A program made the position numbers and the translations under genes. A stretch of 64,000 nucleotides of DNA. Origin: a candidate division WWE3 bacterium (lineage in GTDB: Bacteria; Patescibacteriota; WWE3; 2-01-FULL-39-13). The stretch spans positions 46,460-110,459 of the forward strand of contig CALRDH010000001.1 of the NCBI GenBank assembly GCA_943354835.1, in the 5' to 3' direction. Below, piece by piece: positions 20,461 through 31,300 of the stretch. The stretch's first letter is position 1; each line of letters starts with the position of its first letter. The notes under the pieces were generated by a model that worked only from the letters and a program-made list of their open reading frames with translations, was not told the origin of the DNA and ran no database searches.

Positions 20461-20730
20461 ATGCCAAAACCAGAAACTAAAAACACTAGAGAATTAAGGC
20501 GAGAAGTTGAAGCGTTACGTGCGCAGTTGAAGTCGGGAGGGCTAGTGTCTACAAAAAAAGAATCGTCCTCTAAAACTAAAACTCTTGAAGCCGGATTTTC
20601 ACCAAAATTGCCAGCAATCGACATTAATCTTATTAAAAAAGATTTTGTTAAAACTATTATTTTGTCTATTTTTGCGTTTGGCATAATAATTTCACTTTGG
20701 TTTTTTAAGGTTAATCTTTCATTTCTATAA
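20461..20730 (+). CDS. possible small membrane protein
   Basis: 89 aa with a charged N-terminal half and a C-terminal transmembrane helix (IILSIFAFGIIISLWFF). Sits in an otherwise empty gap. Weak support. Confidence 0.2.
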   Translation: MPKPETKNTRELRREVEALRAQLKSGGLVSTKKESSSKTKTLEAGFSPKLPAIDINLIKKDFVKTIILSIFAFGIIISLWFFKVNLSFL

Positions 20731-22252
20731 ATCTGTATTGCAATGCTTCGGCTAAATGATTGATGGATATTGACTCTGCTTCCGCAAGGTCGGCGATTGT
20801 GCGCGCGACTTTTAGAATTTTATAATAGGCGCGCGCCGATAATCTAAAATTAGTCACTGCTTTCGCCATTAATGCTTTCTGCCCAAATCCAAGTTCACAA
20901 AATTTTTTGATATCCGAACCGTTTAAATCGGCATTGCAATATACATTCTCAATATTTTTATATCTTTTAGCTTGAAGGTCACGAGCCATCTGAACGCGCT
21001 TTTTTATTTCAAGTGAAGATTCAAGTCCGGGTTCTTCTTCAAGTTCCAAAACAGAAATCATCTGGCAAGCAAAATGCAAATCAATTCGATCAATTATTGG
21101 ACCACTTAGTTTTTCTTGATATCTTTTGACTCTATATTGTCCACAATTACATTCCTTTTGAGGATTTCCAAAATGTCCGCACGGACAAGGGTTTGACGCA
21201 ATAACAAGCATAAAATTGCACGGAAATATAACAGCACCCGAAGCCCTGCTAATTCTAATTTCATGATTTTCAATTGGCTGTCTTAATGCTTCAATATGTT
21301 CTCTTGGAAGTTCTGGGAATTCATCTAAAAACAAAACTCCACGATGAGCCATAGAAATCTCCCCGGGGACAATAGGATTTCCACCCCCAATAAGTCCTGC
21401 CTTGCTTGTCGAATGATGAGGAGATCTAAATTGTCTTGACACAATAAATGGTTGCTCTTTTTTGAGCTGTCCTGCAATTGAATATATTTTTGTAACTTCA
21501 AATGCTTCTTTTTCATGAAGCTTTGGCAAAATCGATACTAATGCTTTTGATAATAATGTTTTACCAGTTCCAGGTGGACCAATTAAACTTATATTGTGTC
21601 CACCCGAAGCAGCAATTTCCAAAGCTCTTTTTGCGAAGGCTTGCCCTTTTATATCTTTAAAATCAACTTCAAACTTCTCATCAATATTTAAATCTTCAAT
21701 ATATTCTAAATACGAACGGATTTTAATTAAGTCTATATTTTTTTCTTCGTTTATATCATTTACAACATCACTTAACGTTTTAACAGGTTTAGCATTTAAT
21801 CCTTTTATAAAAACTACTTCTAATGAATTTTCCTCTGGTAAGAAAATATATTCGAAATTATCCTTTGCAAAAAGCGAAAGTGGTATAACTCCAGCAACTT
21901 TGTTTACGTCTCCGTTTAAAGAAAGTTCGCCAATTATAAAATACTTAGAAATATCTTTAGTTAGAGCTCCAGACGCGACTAAAATCCCTATAGCAATTGG
22001 CAAGTCATAAAACGCCCCTTTTTTAGGCAGATCGGCTGGTGCTAAATTTACAGTAATTTTTCGGTTTGGAAATTGATATCCTGAATTTTTTATAGCTGAA
22101 CGAACCCTTTCTTTTGCTTCATCAATTTCTTTTGCGGGAAGACCCACAATTACAAACCCAGGAAATCCATGATAATCAATATTTACTTCAACCTCGACCA
22201 AATGCGCATCAAGGCCAACAATTGATCCTGTAAAAACTTTACTAAATGACAT
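20711..22252 (-). CDS. comM: YifB/ComM-family Mg-chelatase-like AAA+ ATPase
   Basis: N-terminus MSFSKVFTGSIVGLDAHLVEVEVNI, Walker A GPPGTGKT, and a CxxC-containing C-terminal domain typical of ComM/YifB. Confidence 0.85.
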   Translation of the reverse strand: MSFSKVFTGSIVGLDAHLVEVEVNIDYHGFPGFVIVGLPAKEIDEAKERVRSAIKNSGYQFPNRKITVNLAPADLPKKGAFYDLPIAIGILVASGALTKDISKYFIIGELSLNGDVNKVAGVIPLSLFAKDNFEYIFLPEENSLEVVFIKGLNAKPVKTLSDVVNDINEEKNIDLIKIRSYLEYIEDLNIDEKFEVDFKDIKGQAFAKRALEIAASGGHNISLIGPPGTGKTLLSKALVSILPKLHEKEAFEVTKIYSIAGQLKKEQPFIVSRQFRSPHHSTSKAGLIGGGNPIVPGEISMAHRGVLFLDEFPELPREHIEALRQPIENHEIRISRASGAVIFPCNFMLVIASNPCPCGHFGNPQKECNCGQYRVKRYQEKLSGPIIDRIDLHFACQMISVLELEEEPGLESSLEIKKRVQMARDLQAKRYKNIENVYCNADLNGSDIKKFCELGFGQKALMAKAVTNFRLSARAYYKILKVARTIADLAEAESISINHLAEALQYRFIEMKD

Positions 22253-22283
22253 ACAGAAAAGATATCAAATAGAAATGAAATAT

Positions 22284-23291
22284 TTATAAATATTTCGTAA
22301 CATTTTGGTTATGTTTTTCTAAAGTTTCTGCGTACCTTGTAACACCATTGCTACCTGTTATATAAAACCAATATGGCGTTTCCACATATTTAACAACAGC
22401 TTCAATTGAATTTAAGCTAGGATTGCAAATTGGCGCTGGCGGTAAACCTTTTTGCAAATACGTATTGTAGGGGGAATCTACTTTTCTCAAGTCTTCACGT
22501 GTAACTTTTGGCCACCAATTTCCACTAAAACCTTTTGCATATTGAACCGTTGCATCGGCTTGGATTGCCCAATTACTTTTCCATCTTTTAATTAAAATTC
22601 CGGCAACCATTGGCCTTTCTGAATGTATATTCATCTCTCTTTCTAAAATCGATGCAATAATAATAACTTCATCTTTTGAAAGACCTCGAAGTTCGGCCTT
22701 TGCAAAAAGTTCTTCGGAAACCTTTTTATCAAATGTATTTCTCATCCACGAAGCAAGGTTTCCCGGATCATAACTTTGATCAACAATATAAGTATCAGGA
22801 AACATATAGCCTTCTTTTACATAATTACTTTTTGAAAATTTATCGGCAAATTCAAATCCCATTTGTTTTTCTAGATAATCTTTATATTCTTCAGTTCGCC
22901 AACCTTCTATGAATGTAAGTTTTCTTTCAAAAGAACCTTTCTGAAAAACTTCAATAAGCTTTACTAATGTTAAATCTTTCGAATCAACTTCATAATACCC
23001 AGCCTGAAGTTCCATTTTTGGATTTAAATACATATATGCTTTTAACATAAGCGGATATTTTATTAATTTTTGATTTTTAAGATATTCACCAACTTTGCTT
23101 ACACCCATACCTTTTTCTATAACCAACTTAATTTTCCCAGAAGATGCAGTATTTATTGGCGCATTAATTTCATTCAAATAATATGCATAAACCAAAACTG
23201 CAGATATAATACAAACAAGAAAAAATCCGCAAAATGCGATAGTCAACTTACTTGAAAGTGTTCTTTTGGGCTTTTCGTCTATTAATTCCAT
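22284..23291 (-). CDS. mltG: endolytic murein transglycosylase (YceG-like)
   Basis: N-terminal transmembrane helix plus YceG-like domain (GYMFPDTY, WPKVTREDL, SPYNTY motifs). Confidence 0.75.
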   Translation of the reverse strand: MELIDEKPKRTLSSKLTIAFCGFFLVCIISAVLVYAYYLNEINAPINTASSGKIKLVIEKGMGVSKVGEYLKNQKLIKYPLMLKAYMYLNPKMELQAGYYEVDSKDLTLVKLIEVFQKGSFERKLTFIEGWRTEEYKDYLEKQMGFEFADKFSKSNYVKEGYMFPDTYIVDQSYDPGNLASWMRNTFDKKVSEELFAKAELRGLSKDEVIIIASILEREMNIHSERPMVAGILIKRWKSNWAIQADATVQYAKGFSGNWWPKVTREDLRKVDSPYNTYLQKGLPPAPICNPSLNSIEAVVKYVETPYWFYITGSNGVTRYAETLEKHNQNVTKYL

Positions 23292-23312
23292 GAGTACAAG
23301 AAGATTATCATT

Positions 23313-24035
23313 ATGAATAAAAATGATCTACGGTTTTTACAAAAAGATAAACCAAACTACACACAAAAAGATGTTGAGCTTTTGGAATCTGGATATCCTC
23401 TTTCTTACATTATTGGATACGTGGATTTTTTAAAGGCTAAGATTAATCTAAATCATAAAGTGTTAATTCCAAGACCAGAAACCGAATATTGGGTTTCAAA
23501 AGTTTCTCCTGAAATAAAAGAACTGAAATCTGGCAAAATCCTAGATATCTTTTGTGGATCAGGATGCATTGGAATTTCGCTTCTTCTTGAGAATACAAAT
23601 ATCCATGTGACTTTTTCTGATATTGATGAAAATGCGATTCTTCAAACCAAAGAAAATTTAATTGAAAATAAAATAAGTGAAAATAGATACGAAATCATAA
23701 AATCTGATCTGTTCGAAAATATTTCCGGAAAGTTTGATTATATTTTTGCTAACCCTCCGTATGTTGGGATTAATGATGAAGTCGGAGAAGAAATCAAACA
23801 CGAACCAAAGCACGCAATTTATAGTGAGAATGATGGAATGTATTTGATTGAAAAATTTCTAGGCAGTGCAAAAGATTATCTTAATGAAGACGGAACGATT
23901 TATTTGGAATTTGGATCAAGTCAAAAAACAAAAATGGCGGAGTATGTTGAAATTAATTCAACATACTCCGCTTCTTTTTTTAACGATCAATACGGTAAAG
24001 ACAGATTCGCGAGAATTAGTCCGAAAGTTTTCTAA
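23313..24035 (+). CDS. prmC: release-factor glutamine N5-methyltransferase-like (HemK/PrmC family)
   Basis: SAM-binding DIFCGSGCIG and the NPPY motif (FANPPYV). Confidence 0.7.
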   Translation: MNKNDLRFLQKDKPNYTQKDVELLESGYPLSYIIGYVDFLKAKINLNHKVLIPRPETEYWVSKVSPEIKELKSGKILDIFCGSGCIGISLLLENTNIHVTFSDIDENAILQTKENLIENKISENRYEIIKSDLFENISGKFDYIFANPPYVGINDEVGEEIKHEPKHAIYSENDGMYLIEKFLGSAKDYLNEDGTIYLEFGSSQKTKMAEYVEINSTYSASFFNDQYGKDRFARISPKVF

Positions 24036-24726
24036 TTCCAAAACCTACAAGTACAAGTCCTATTGATAAACCGAGTGCGAAAACATTTTCACCTCCGGTT
24101 GTAGGAAGCTTAGAAATCTTAGATTTAGAAGTTCCTAATACTTTACCTAAAGTTATACAGAAGTTTGCATAATCGGCAGAGTCTTCTGATTTTTTCAAAT
24201 CGTCAGCTCTTTTACCTTTAGCGGTTGCAATATTTGATAAACAAATCTTGTCGCTTTTTGGTGAAATACCGTCATTTTCGATTTTGGCTTTAAATGTGAA
24301 GCTCTTTTTTTCACCTGGCTTTAAATCGCCAACTTCGAATTTAACTTCTTTACCATCTTTTCTGTCATCTCCATCTCCACTGTCATATACTAAAAATGCT
24401 GGTAATGCATCGTAAGCATTAATATCTTTGATTTCTATATCTCCAACATTTTTGATGGTTATTCTGAATTTGAGCTTTTCGCTTGACTCAAATATATATG
24501 GATATGATCCACCGCTTGATTTGATATCACTTTCATACTCACCACTTTTTGGATTGTATATTGTTTTCTCAACTTCAAGGTCTGGATTGTCTGCAACATT
24601 AATACAAGTTTCTCCGCCACCATATTGAGTTGTACAGATTTGCTTCGCGTATGATGTACTAGAAAATACACCAAACATTGCGATAGCTAAAATCAGTACT
24701 GAAAAGCTTTTTATATTTGCTTTCAT
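24016..24726 (-). CDS. LPXTG-anchored surface protein with a DUF11-like repeat domain
   Basis: Signal peptide, a beta-rich domain (ITIKNVGDIEIKDINAYDALPAFL), and a C-terminal LPTTG motif followed by a hydrophobic segment and a charged tail (RKLSD). Confidence 0.65.
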   Translation of the reverse strand: MKANIKSFSVLILAIAMFGVFSSTSYAKQICTTQYGGGETCINVADNPDLEVEKTIYNPKSGEYESDIKSSGGSYPYIFESSEKLKFRITIKNVGDIEIKDINAYDALPAFLVYDSGDGDDRKDGKEVKFEVGDLKPGEKKSFTFKAKIENDGISPKSDKICLSNIATAKGKRADDLKKSEDSADYANFCITLGKVLGTSKSKISKLPTTGGENVFALGLSIGLVLVGFGIRKLSD

Positions 24727-24968
24727 TATATATTTTCTGGGCAGAAAACAGGGCAGTTAACTTAAATAACAAACGGAATAATACAGGCTATAGGATACTT
24801 TGTAAACCCTTAAAAAAGTATAAAAAGCCTGGATATAAAGACATTATACTTAGATATTTCTAATACTAAAAACGATATGATATCATTATTGCCAATTATG
24901 TTTTTAGAATTTGATGAAGAATTTCATGCACCTAGCGAAACCGGGGGGGTATTGCCTTTGAATCCGCT

Positions 24969-25355
24969 ATGGAGGCATTAAAATCGATTTCAGGACAAAT
25001 ATTGGTTCCAGACGCTTTTATGCCACTAATAAGTGATGACCCTGTTCGATCAATTCAATTTAAACAAACAGTAACAAAAGGTATTGCCTTATATGAAAAT
25101 GAAGATCCTATCGGAATATTAAGAGTTGGAGTAGCAAAAAATAAAGATAATGGTATTCGTGTTGTAGTTTCTGGAGAATATGAACTTATCTACCCAGGGT
25201 CACCAATTCGCTTTGATTATCGAAGAATTGGCACAAAAGAGCCGGTACGAACTCAAATAGGCGAAAGTAATTTTATGTTTGTAAGAAAAATGAGAATGGC
25301 TGAAAAAGATTTTAGAAAAGGCCCTTGGGGATATGCTTTTTATCTGGCTGAATAA
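24969..25355 (+). CDS. hypothetical protein
   Basis: 128-aa ORF with no recognisable motif. Lies in the toxin-antitoxin-rich accessory stretch. Confidence 0.3.
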   Translation: MEALKSISGQILVPDAFMPLISDDPVRSIQFKQTVTKGIALYENEDPIGILRVGVAKNKDNGIRVVVSGEYELIYPGSPIRFDYRRIGTKEPVRTQIGESNFMFVRKMRMAEKDFRKGPWGYAFYLAE

Positions 25356-25419
25356 TAAACAAGCTAACATTTCGTACTTTTTAATCCAAATTACACATAT
25401 ATCGAATGTGTCCCTATGT

Positions 25420-25734
25420 CTATAAAGGTAACGGCATCAAGCTTTGATTTTTCTTCTCGGTTTTATAAATACATATAGAATCCATAGCATCTGCAAACTC
25501 GGCTTTTATTGCAAATTCACTTAAACTTTCTATTTTGGATAGATGCACTGGCTTTCTTTTTACCAAAGTGATTTTATCTACAGTCGCCTCACTAGCATTT
25601 TCTAAATTAATATCCAATTCTTTTCTAATCTTGGAAACCGCTCTCTTTAAACCTGGAACACACTTTGCATATTTTTTAAAAGCTTTGTCTCTCATAATAG
25701 AAACAAGGCTACATATATCGACTAAATAATGCAA
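25420..25734 (-). CDS. hypothetical protein
   Basis: 104-aa ORF, divergent from the degraded brnA-like gene. No motif recognised. Confidence 0.3.
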   Translation of the reverse strand: MHYLVDICSLVSIMRDKAFKKYAKCVPGLKRAVSKIRKELDINLENASEATVDKITLVKRKPVHLSKIESLSEFAIKAEFADAMDSICIYKTEKKNQSLMPLPL

Positions 25735-25768
25735 TAATTAGGTTTAATAAGTTATATGGAGGTAAAAA

Positions 25769-26051
25769 ATGAAAAAACAAATAAAAGATCCTTTTGACGG
25801 ATTGGTATTAGATGAATACGAGCAAGCAATAGAAGACTCTGTAGTAGCCGATGGCGATTATTTCTCAATATCAAAAGCTGAAAAAGACGACTTTGCAAAA
25901 ATAGCCAAAATGCATAATCAATTTCAAGTGTCAAAAAAAATAAATATTAGAATAAATAATCAAGATTTAGCAAAAGTAAAATCAAAAGCAAAACACTAAT
26001 AAGCTCAATTGTGCACAAATATGCAAACGGGGAAATTGGAGTAAGTCTGTA
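25769..26051 (+). pseudogene. degraded BrnA-family antitoxin paralog (frameshifted, lacks a BrnT partner)
   Basis: The N-terminal 76 aa (KDPFDGLVLDEYEQAIEDS...KINIRINNQDLAKVKSKAK) are paralogous to the intact BrnA at 27685-28005. The C-terminal helix (LISSIVHKYANGEIGVSL vs LIGSLIRQYAEGRSELVL) continues in a different frame after the stop at 25997-25999. Confidence 0.45.
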
Positions 26052-26119
26052 AGAATCACGGCAGAAAATCCCTCCCCTTACTTGCAAATCTATTCCTTAC
26101 ATGGTAGATTTTCCTTATA

Positions 26120-26371
26120 ATGCATATGATAACTATTACAAGCAAAAACCAAATAACAATTCCAAAATATATTGTAGACGAGCTTAATGCCGAAATGGGT
26201 GATAAGCTAATTGTTTCATTAAAAGATAATTTAATTACCCTAAGGCCAATTAAATCAGTAATGGATGACCTATACGGTAGTCTCTCAATACCGAAGCACT
26301 TAAAAGGTAAAGACATTGACGAAGTCATAAACGAATCCAAGTTAAAACGCTTTTCAACTCATAATTCATAA
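26120..26371 (+). CDS. vapB: AbrB/MazE-type antitoxin (VapB-like)
   Basis: ITIPKYIVDELNAEMGDKLIVSL swapped-hairpin motif. Immediately followed by a PIN gene. Confidence 0.55.
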   Translation: MHMITITSKNQITIPKYIVDELNAEMGDKLIVSLKDNLITLRPIKSVMDDLYGSLSIPKHLKGKDIDEVINESKLKRFSTHNS

Positions 26372-26772
26372 TGAAAATATTTGTTGATACAAATTACTTT
26401 TTACGATTCCTAGTAAAAGATATAGAAGAACAATCATTAATTGTAAAAACCCTCTTTAATGACGGAAAAGATGGTAAAGTCAAACTTTTTTCATCCTCAA
26501 TAGTATTTTTCGAAATTTATTGGGTTCTTGTTAGTAGTTATAAAGTAGAAAATATCAAAGCTATCGATATACTATCCAAAATACTTGAAATGGATTTCAT
26601 CGAATTTAAAGAAAGAAAACTTTTACAATCCGCTCTAGAAATATACTGTAAAAACAATCTAGAATTAGAAGACTGTTATAACCTTGCATACGCGATACGC
26701 TTTGACAAAGAAATCGATATAGCGACCTTTGATATCAAATTACAAAAAGCCTTTAAAAAGCTGATTCAATAA
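26371..26772 (+). CDS. vapC: PIN-domain toxin (VapC-like)
   Basis: MKIFVDTNYFLRFLV N-terminal PIN motif, 133 aa. Confidence 0.65.
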   Translation: MKIFVDTNYFLRFLVKDIEEQSLIVKTLFNDGKDGKVKLFSSSIVFFEIYWVLVSSYKVENIKAIDILSKILEMDFIEFKERKLLQSALEIYCKNNLELEDCYNLAYAIRFDKEIDIATFDIKLQKAFKKLIQ

Positions 26773-27670
26773 ATCCACACACCTGCGACATGATTTCATC
26801 GTCTACCTGATGTGAAAGATCGTCTCTTTTGATAGTGGTTACACTAATTCCAAGTTCTTTTAAACGCAAAACATATCTTTCATACATTTCAACCTTATTA
26901 GCCCCAAGTACTGGCTTAAGTCTTGTAATCACATCTTCATCGTAATTCAAATCATGCGAAAACGAGTTGTTTCTTGGATCATTATCTTTTCCACCAACGA
27001 AAATGAAATGCTTAATTCTTTTGAATTCTACAAAACTAAAACGCTGCCCTTGTATCTGCTCTATATCTGCCGTACCAAAAGGATAACCAACACGCACACC
27101 ATTAATTTCTGATTCAGGATAAGAATCTCCTGCAAGTAAAACAGCCGAAGCCTTTACAATATCTGGATAAAGCAAAGAAAACCGATTGGCTAAACCACCG
27201 CCAGCCGAAATTCCACCTACTATAATTTTATTAGCAATTTTATGTCCCGTTTTCAACATTCTTAACTTTGATTGATTAAGCATTTTTAAAATTTCTATAT
27301 CTGGCCTTCTATAAAATTCTGGACAACTTTCATCAAATAATATAGTCGGCCTAGTCAACATCTGAGTGTCAAAATTTGATCCATCTATTCTTGTCCTAGG
27401 TAAAATCGGCATCAAACATGCAATTTGTTTACGTTCGCATAATTCTTTTATCGCCCGCGGAACACCACCTTCAATTTCCTTCATGTGTTCCACTTGCGAA
27501 TCAAAATCACCTTTTGAATACGACCCATGTCCCCAAAGAAGAACATTAGTAACTTCCGCGTCACTACCAACCGATGGCGTATAAAGAAAATATGGATATT
27601 ATATTTCTTCAGATGATGGAATAAATTCAAACGACCAAGGAGTTAGGGCTTCAGTTGTAAGAAGTGACAT
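26753..27670 (-). pseudogene. alpha/beta hydrolase (esterase-like) interrupted by an in-frame TAA
   Basis: The ORF 26753-27493 carries the GISAGG nucleophile elbow. The same frame upstream encodes ...VLLWGHGSYS (oxyanion HG motif) with no start codon. It is preceded by an in-frame TAA (complement of 27599-27601), and upstream of that lies a 23-codon ATG-initiated N-terminus (MSLLTTEALTPWSFEFIPSSEEI). Confidence 0.5.
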
Positions 27671-27684
27671 CAAAGTATTAATAA

Positions 27685-28005
27685 TTATAGAACTAATTCG
27701 CTTCGACCTTCAGCATACTGTCTAATCAATGACCCAATTAATGTTTGGTATGGAATATTATTCCTTTTAGCTTTTGCTTTGATCGCCAATAAATCATCAA
27801 CATTAACCCTTAAGGAAATTTGTTTAGTTTCCGCCTTTACAAGGTAATTTCGTACAGATTCTTCTAGCATATTCTTTCTTTGAGTAAAATCTGCATCTTT
27901 GATGTAGTCGCCTTTTGCAATCGAATCTTCTATTTTTTGTTCGTATTCATCCAATACTAACCCTTTAAAAGGGTCCTTTGTTTGTTTCTTGTTTTCATTC
28001 ACCAT
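27685..28005 (-). CDS. brnA: BrnA-family antitoxin (ribbon-helix-helix)
   Basis: KQISLRVNVDDLLAIKAKAKRNNIPYQTLIGSLIRQYAEG is a close match to the BrnA C-terminal consensus. Downstream partner of brnT. Confidence 0.7.
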   Translation of the reverse strand: MVNENKKQTKDPFKGLVLDEYEQKIEDSIAKGDYIKDADFTQRKNMLEESVRNYLVKAETKQISLRVNVDDLLAIKAKAKRNNIPYQTLIGSLIRQYAEGRSELVL

Positions 28006-28011
28006 AATTAT

Positions 28012-28302
28012 TTAACTACTTCCAATTAAATACACTTTAGTAAAATACCTAGAAGGATAAACGGTTTTCAAAAAGATAACCTCTCTCTTATCATCCTCAA
28101 CGTACGGGACAACGTAACAATATCCATCAAAATTAATAATCAAAATCCTTTGCTTTGGATATTTCCCTTTGTTTTTATGGACAATATCATCGATCAAATA
28201 CCCTAAACTAATTAACTTTATTGCATCATCGAAATTTATTCCTCTAGTTGCTTTTAATACATCATTTTTATATGAATCAAATTCGATGATGTTGTACTTC
28301 AT
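28012..28302 (-). CDS. brnT: BrnT-family ribonuclease toxin
   Basis: 96 aa. IEFDSYKNDVLKATRGINFDDAIKLI and the C-terminal REVIFLKTVYPSRYFTKVY fit the BrnT (DUF497) pattern. Precedes brnA in the usual order. Confidence 0.65.
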   Translation of the reverse strand: MKYNIIEFDSYKNDVLKATRGINFDDAIKLISLGYLIDDIVHKNKGKYPKQRILIINFDGYCYVVPYVEDDKREVIFLKTVYPSRYFTKVYLIGSS

Positions 28303-28365
28303 AAGAATAGTATATGAATTGCATATACAATGTCAACCAAGTACCCCGCAAATTGTAACGCTTCT

Positions 28366-31300
28366 CTACGCTCGGCTAGCAGTTTTTGCCTTTTTATAAT
28401 ATAAAGAAAATCCAATTACAAAGATAAACACAATAAATACCAAATACCCTAAAAACTGTAAGTATTGTGGCCAGAAGATGATCACATAACTAGCAGAGAC
28501 CCCAGGAACAATCCAAGAATTTGCCCAGTTTTTTGCTAAAACATGACTTGCGGTAGATTTTTTACACGTAAATGGAGTTGTCATTCCTAACAAACATGAA
28601 TCTTTTTCATATAATCCCCAACCATTTTCAAATGATTGATTTAAAATAATAAGTCCGCCTTCTTTTACATCGGCTTTCTCTGATTTCTCAACTTTAACTT
28701 CATATTTATAAATAGCCTTTTTATCGACATTCAAAAGCTTCACACCATTTTCATAAAATTCTGGTGCATTTTTCGGCTTTACATAAATCCCTTTAAGCCA
28801 CTTATATGGGAAATATTTAACATCAACTCCATAAAGCTCATTTTCAGTTGGAGCATTGCCTATAGACTGATTGCCTATGTTGATTCCAACACTTTCGGCA
28901 GATGGATATGAAGGTAGAATAAAAGATTCCCTCCCATTTCCATTTAGTCTTTCTTGAATTAAGCATTTATCAAGATCAATTCCAGCAATACAAATATCTA
29001 AATTCTTACCAATTATATTTTTAGAATCAAATGTAATTAAATAGTCGGAATTTGCGTTTATAACTGTTGTTTCCAGGTTATCACAACTTATTGCATCAAT
29101 TGCTGAATATTTATATAAAGGCCGGTCGTCAAAAAGGCCTAAATCACGAGCAAATTTCTTTTCGTTAAAATTATCACAATTTTTTGCCTCAATATTATAT
29201 CCAAAATCACCAGGAATATATAACTTACTAAGGTTTCTATATTCTGGCAATATAACTTTAAGGGGCAGTTGCTCTTTTGTAACAATTATCTTTTGACTAC
29301 TTGAATAAGCCAACTCCGATGGTGAAAATATTTTAATCTGGGTTAATGGATACCTATAAACTTTTATATCCTTAAATGTTACTTCCTCTGATTTTGTACT
29401 ATTAAATTGATCAGAAATTAAGCTAAACCGCAATTTATCTTGACCTTTGGCAATTACATAATCAATAGATTTTTTAAATTGACCATCGATACTTATAGTT
29501 CCATTATATTTCTCATTCAAACACTTCTTTTCATTTTCGCTGTATAGGCAATAAGTCTGTTTTGAATCAGAAACATTTTTATATAAATAACTTATCTCAT
29601 AAACAAAATCAGTCGTATTCTCAATTCTTTCATCAAAATCCAAACAAACTGAACCGCCATCGCTTGAAACGATTACGCTTCCTGGATATTTATCATATGA
29701 CTTAGCAACGTTTTCGAGCGAACCAGAACAATTATTTACCTCACTACTGTATATTTGGTCACTAAAATCGTAAAAATCCGACGAAAATGAATCATAAGAA
29801 ACAATTGTAGAATTAGGTTTTATTAAAAACGAACTTCCAGTTTCTGTTAATTTAACGGGTTTATTATTAAATAATATCTTTTTGGATGGATCTAAAATGA
29901 CATCGATTACCTCATTAAATTGATTTTCATAAATATCATTATTCTTTGAATCAACAATCTTTGGCCTTAAATAAGAAACCTCAATATTATCGGAATTAAA
30001 AGATACCAAAGCAGGAAGAGGACTATTAAAATCAAAACCTGGAGCGACAACGGAATAAATATCATTCGAAGCGAAAGACGGATAATCAATTAAATAATCT
30101 TCCAGACTAGCCAAAACACGATCATCTGAAAATGGGAAATGCAAGGGCTTTTTGTCGTTTATCGAATCAACTAAAATATAATTAGAAAACCCGGATAAAT
30201 AAATAGGATCGAGATTAGAAAAATTATACCTTGTCAAAATATTGCTCGACTCTTTGGGAGTATATACATACGATATTGAAGGTTCCTTATGATCTACTTT
30301 ATATATAAATATGAAATCTCCAAACTTTGTGTCAAGTGAAATCCGATTAGAACGGGATAATAGTTCTTTGGTTGCCTCATAGAATAAAGCGCGTTTGGCA
30401 TCTGGTGTAATAACACTTTCATCTATTAAGAGATAATCAATTTGATATTTATTCAAAACAGAATCAAATAAATCAATATTTTGTGAATAAATCGCGTATT
30501 GAAGTTCGTTATAGAACTGCTCATTTTTATAATTCCACCCATCAAAAGCCCTATCTGTTATAGCTTGCTCAATACCGTACCACATAAATCCGCTACCCCT
30601 ATATCCCCAATTATGAAATCTCCACCCCCAAAAAGTGTGTTGCGGCAAATTTACAATTCGTTTTGAAATATCTTGTGATTTAAAATAAGCAAATAATTGT
30701 TTATATTCATTCGGCAATTCGATTTTTAAATTTTCGTATATGAAATTTCCACGGAATATAGGATATGATTGTAATAATATAGCCGAAATAATAATTGCCG
30801 CCAATACGTAACTATTATTTTTAAACTTTTCAAAAGTTTTTGCAAAAAAGACAAACCCAAATCCAAGAAAAATACTGTAGGTTAATGAAGCAGGGACAAT
30901 CCACTTTGTAAAAGCAAATCTAAAAACTTCTCCAAAAACTGGAAATTTATCTACTATAAAGCTATATAGAAATCCTGTCGGCCAAGCAGTACCAATCAAA
31001 AAGAATAACGACAAAAAAAACATACACAAAAGGCCCAAAATAAACAAACGTCGATGAGAAAAGGTTGCAAATATAACTCCAATAATTATTATAAGAAATA
31101 GAAAGTATCCAATAAATGCGATAAAGTTGTAACTAATCCAACCTATCCAAGGCTGTAACATGTATTCAAATTGCCCCTCATTATTTGGATAATAGTCGAT
31201 GTACGAAAACCAAAAACCACGCAATTTTGATACATCGGAAATATTTCCATATCTGTTGTTGTATTGGTATGCGTTTTCACTACTAATACGATTGATTATG

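Noticed and set aside
20451-20684. A 77-aa minus-strand ORF opposite the putative small membrane protein
   Set aside because: It is mutually exclusive with the plus-strand ORF, which at least has a plausible transmembrane helix. Neither is strongly supported.
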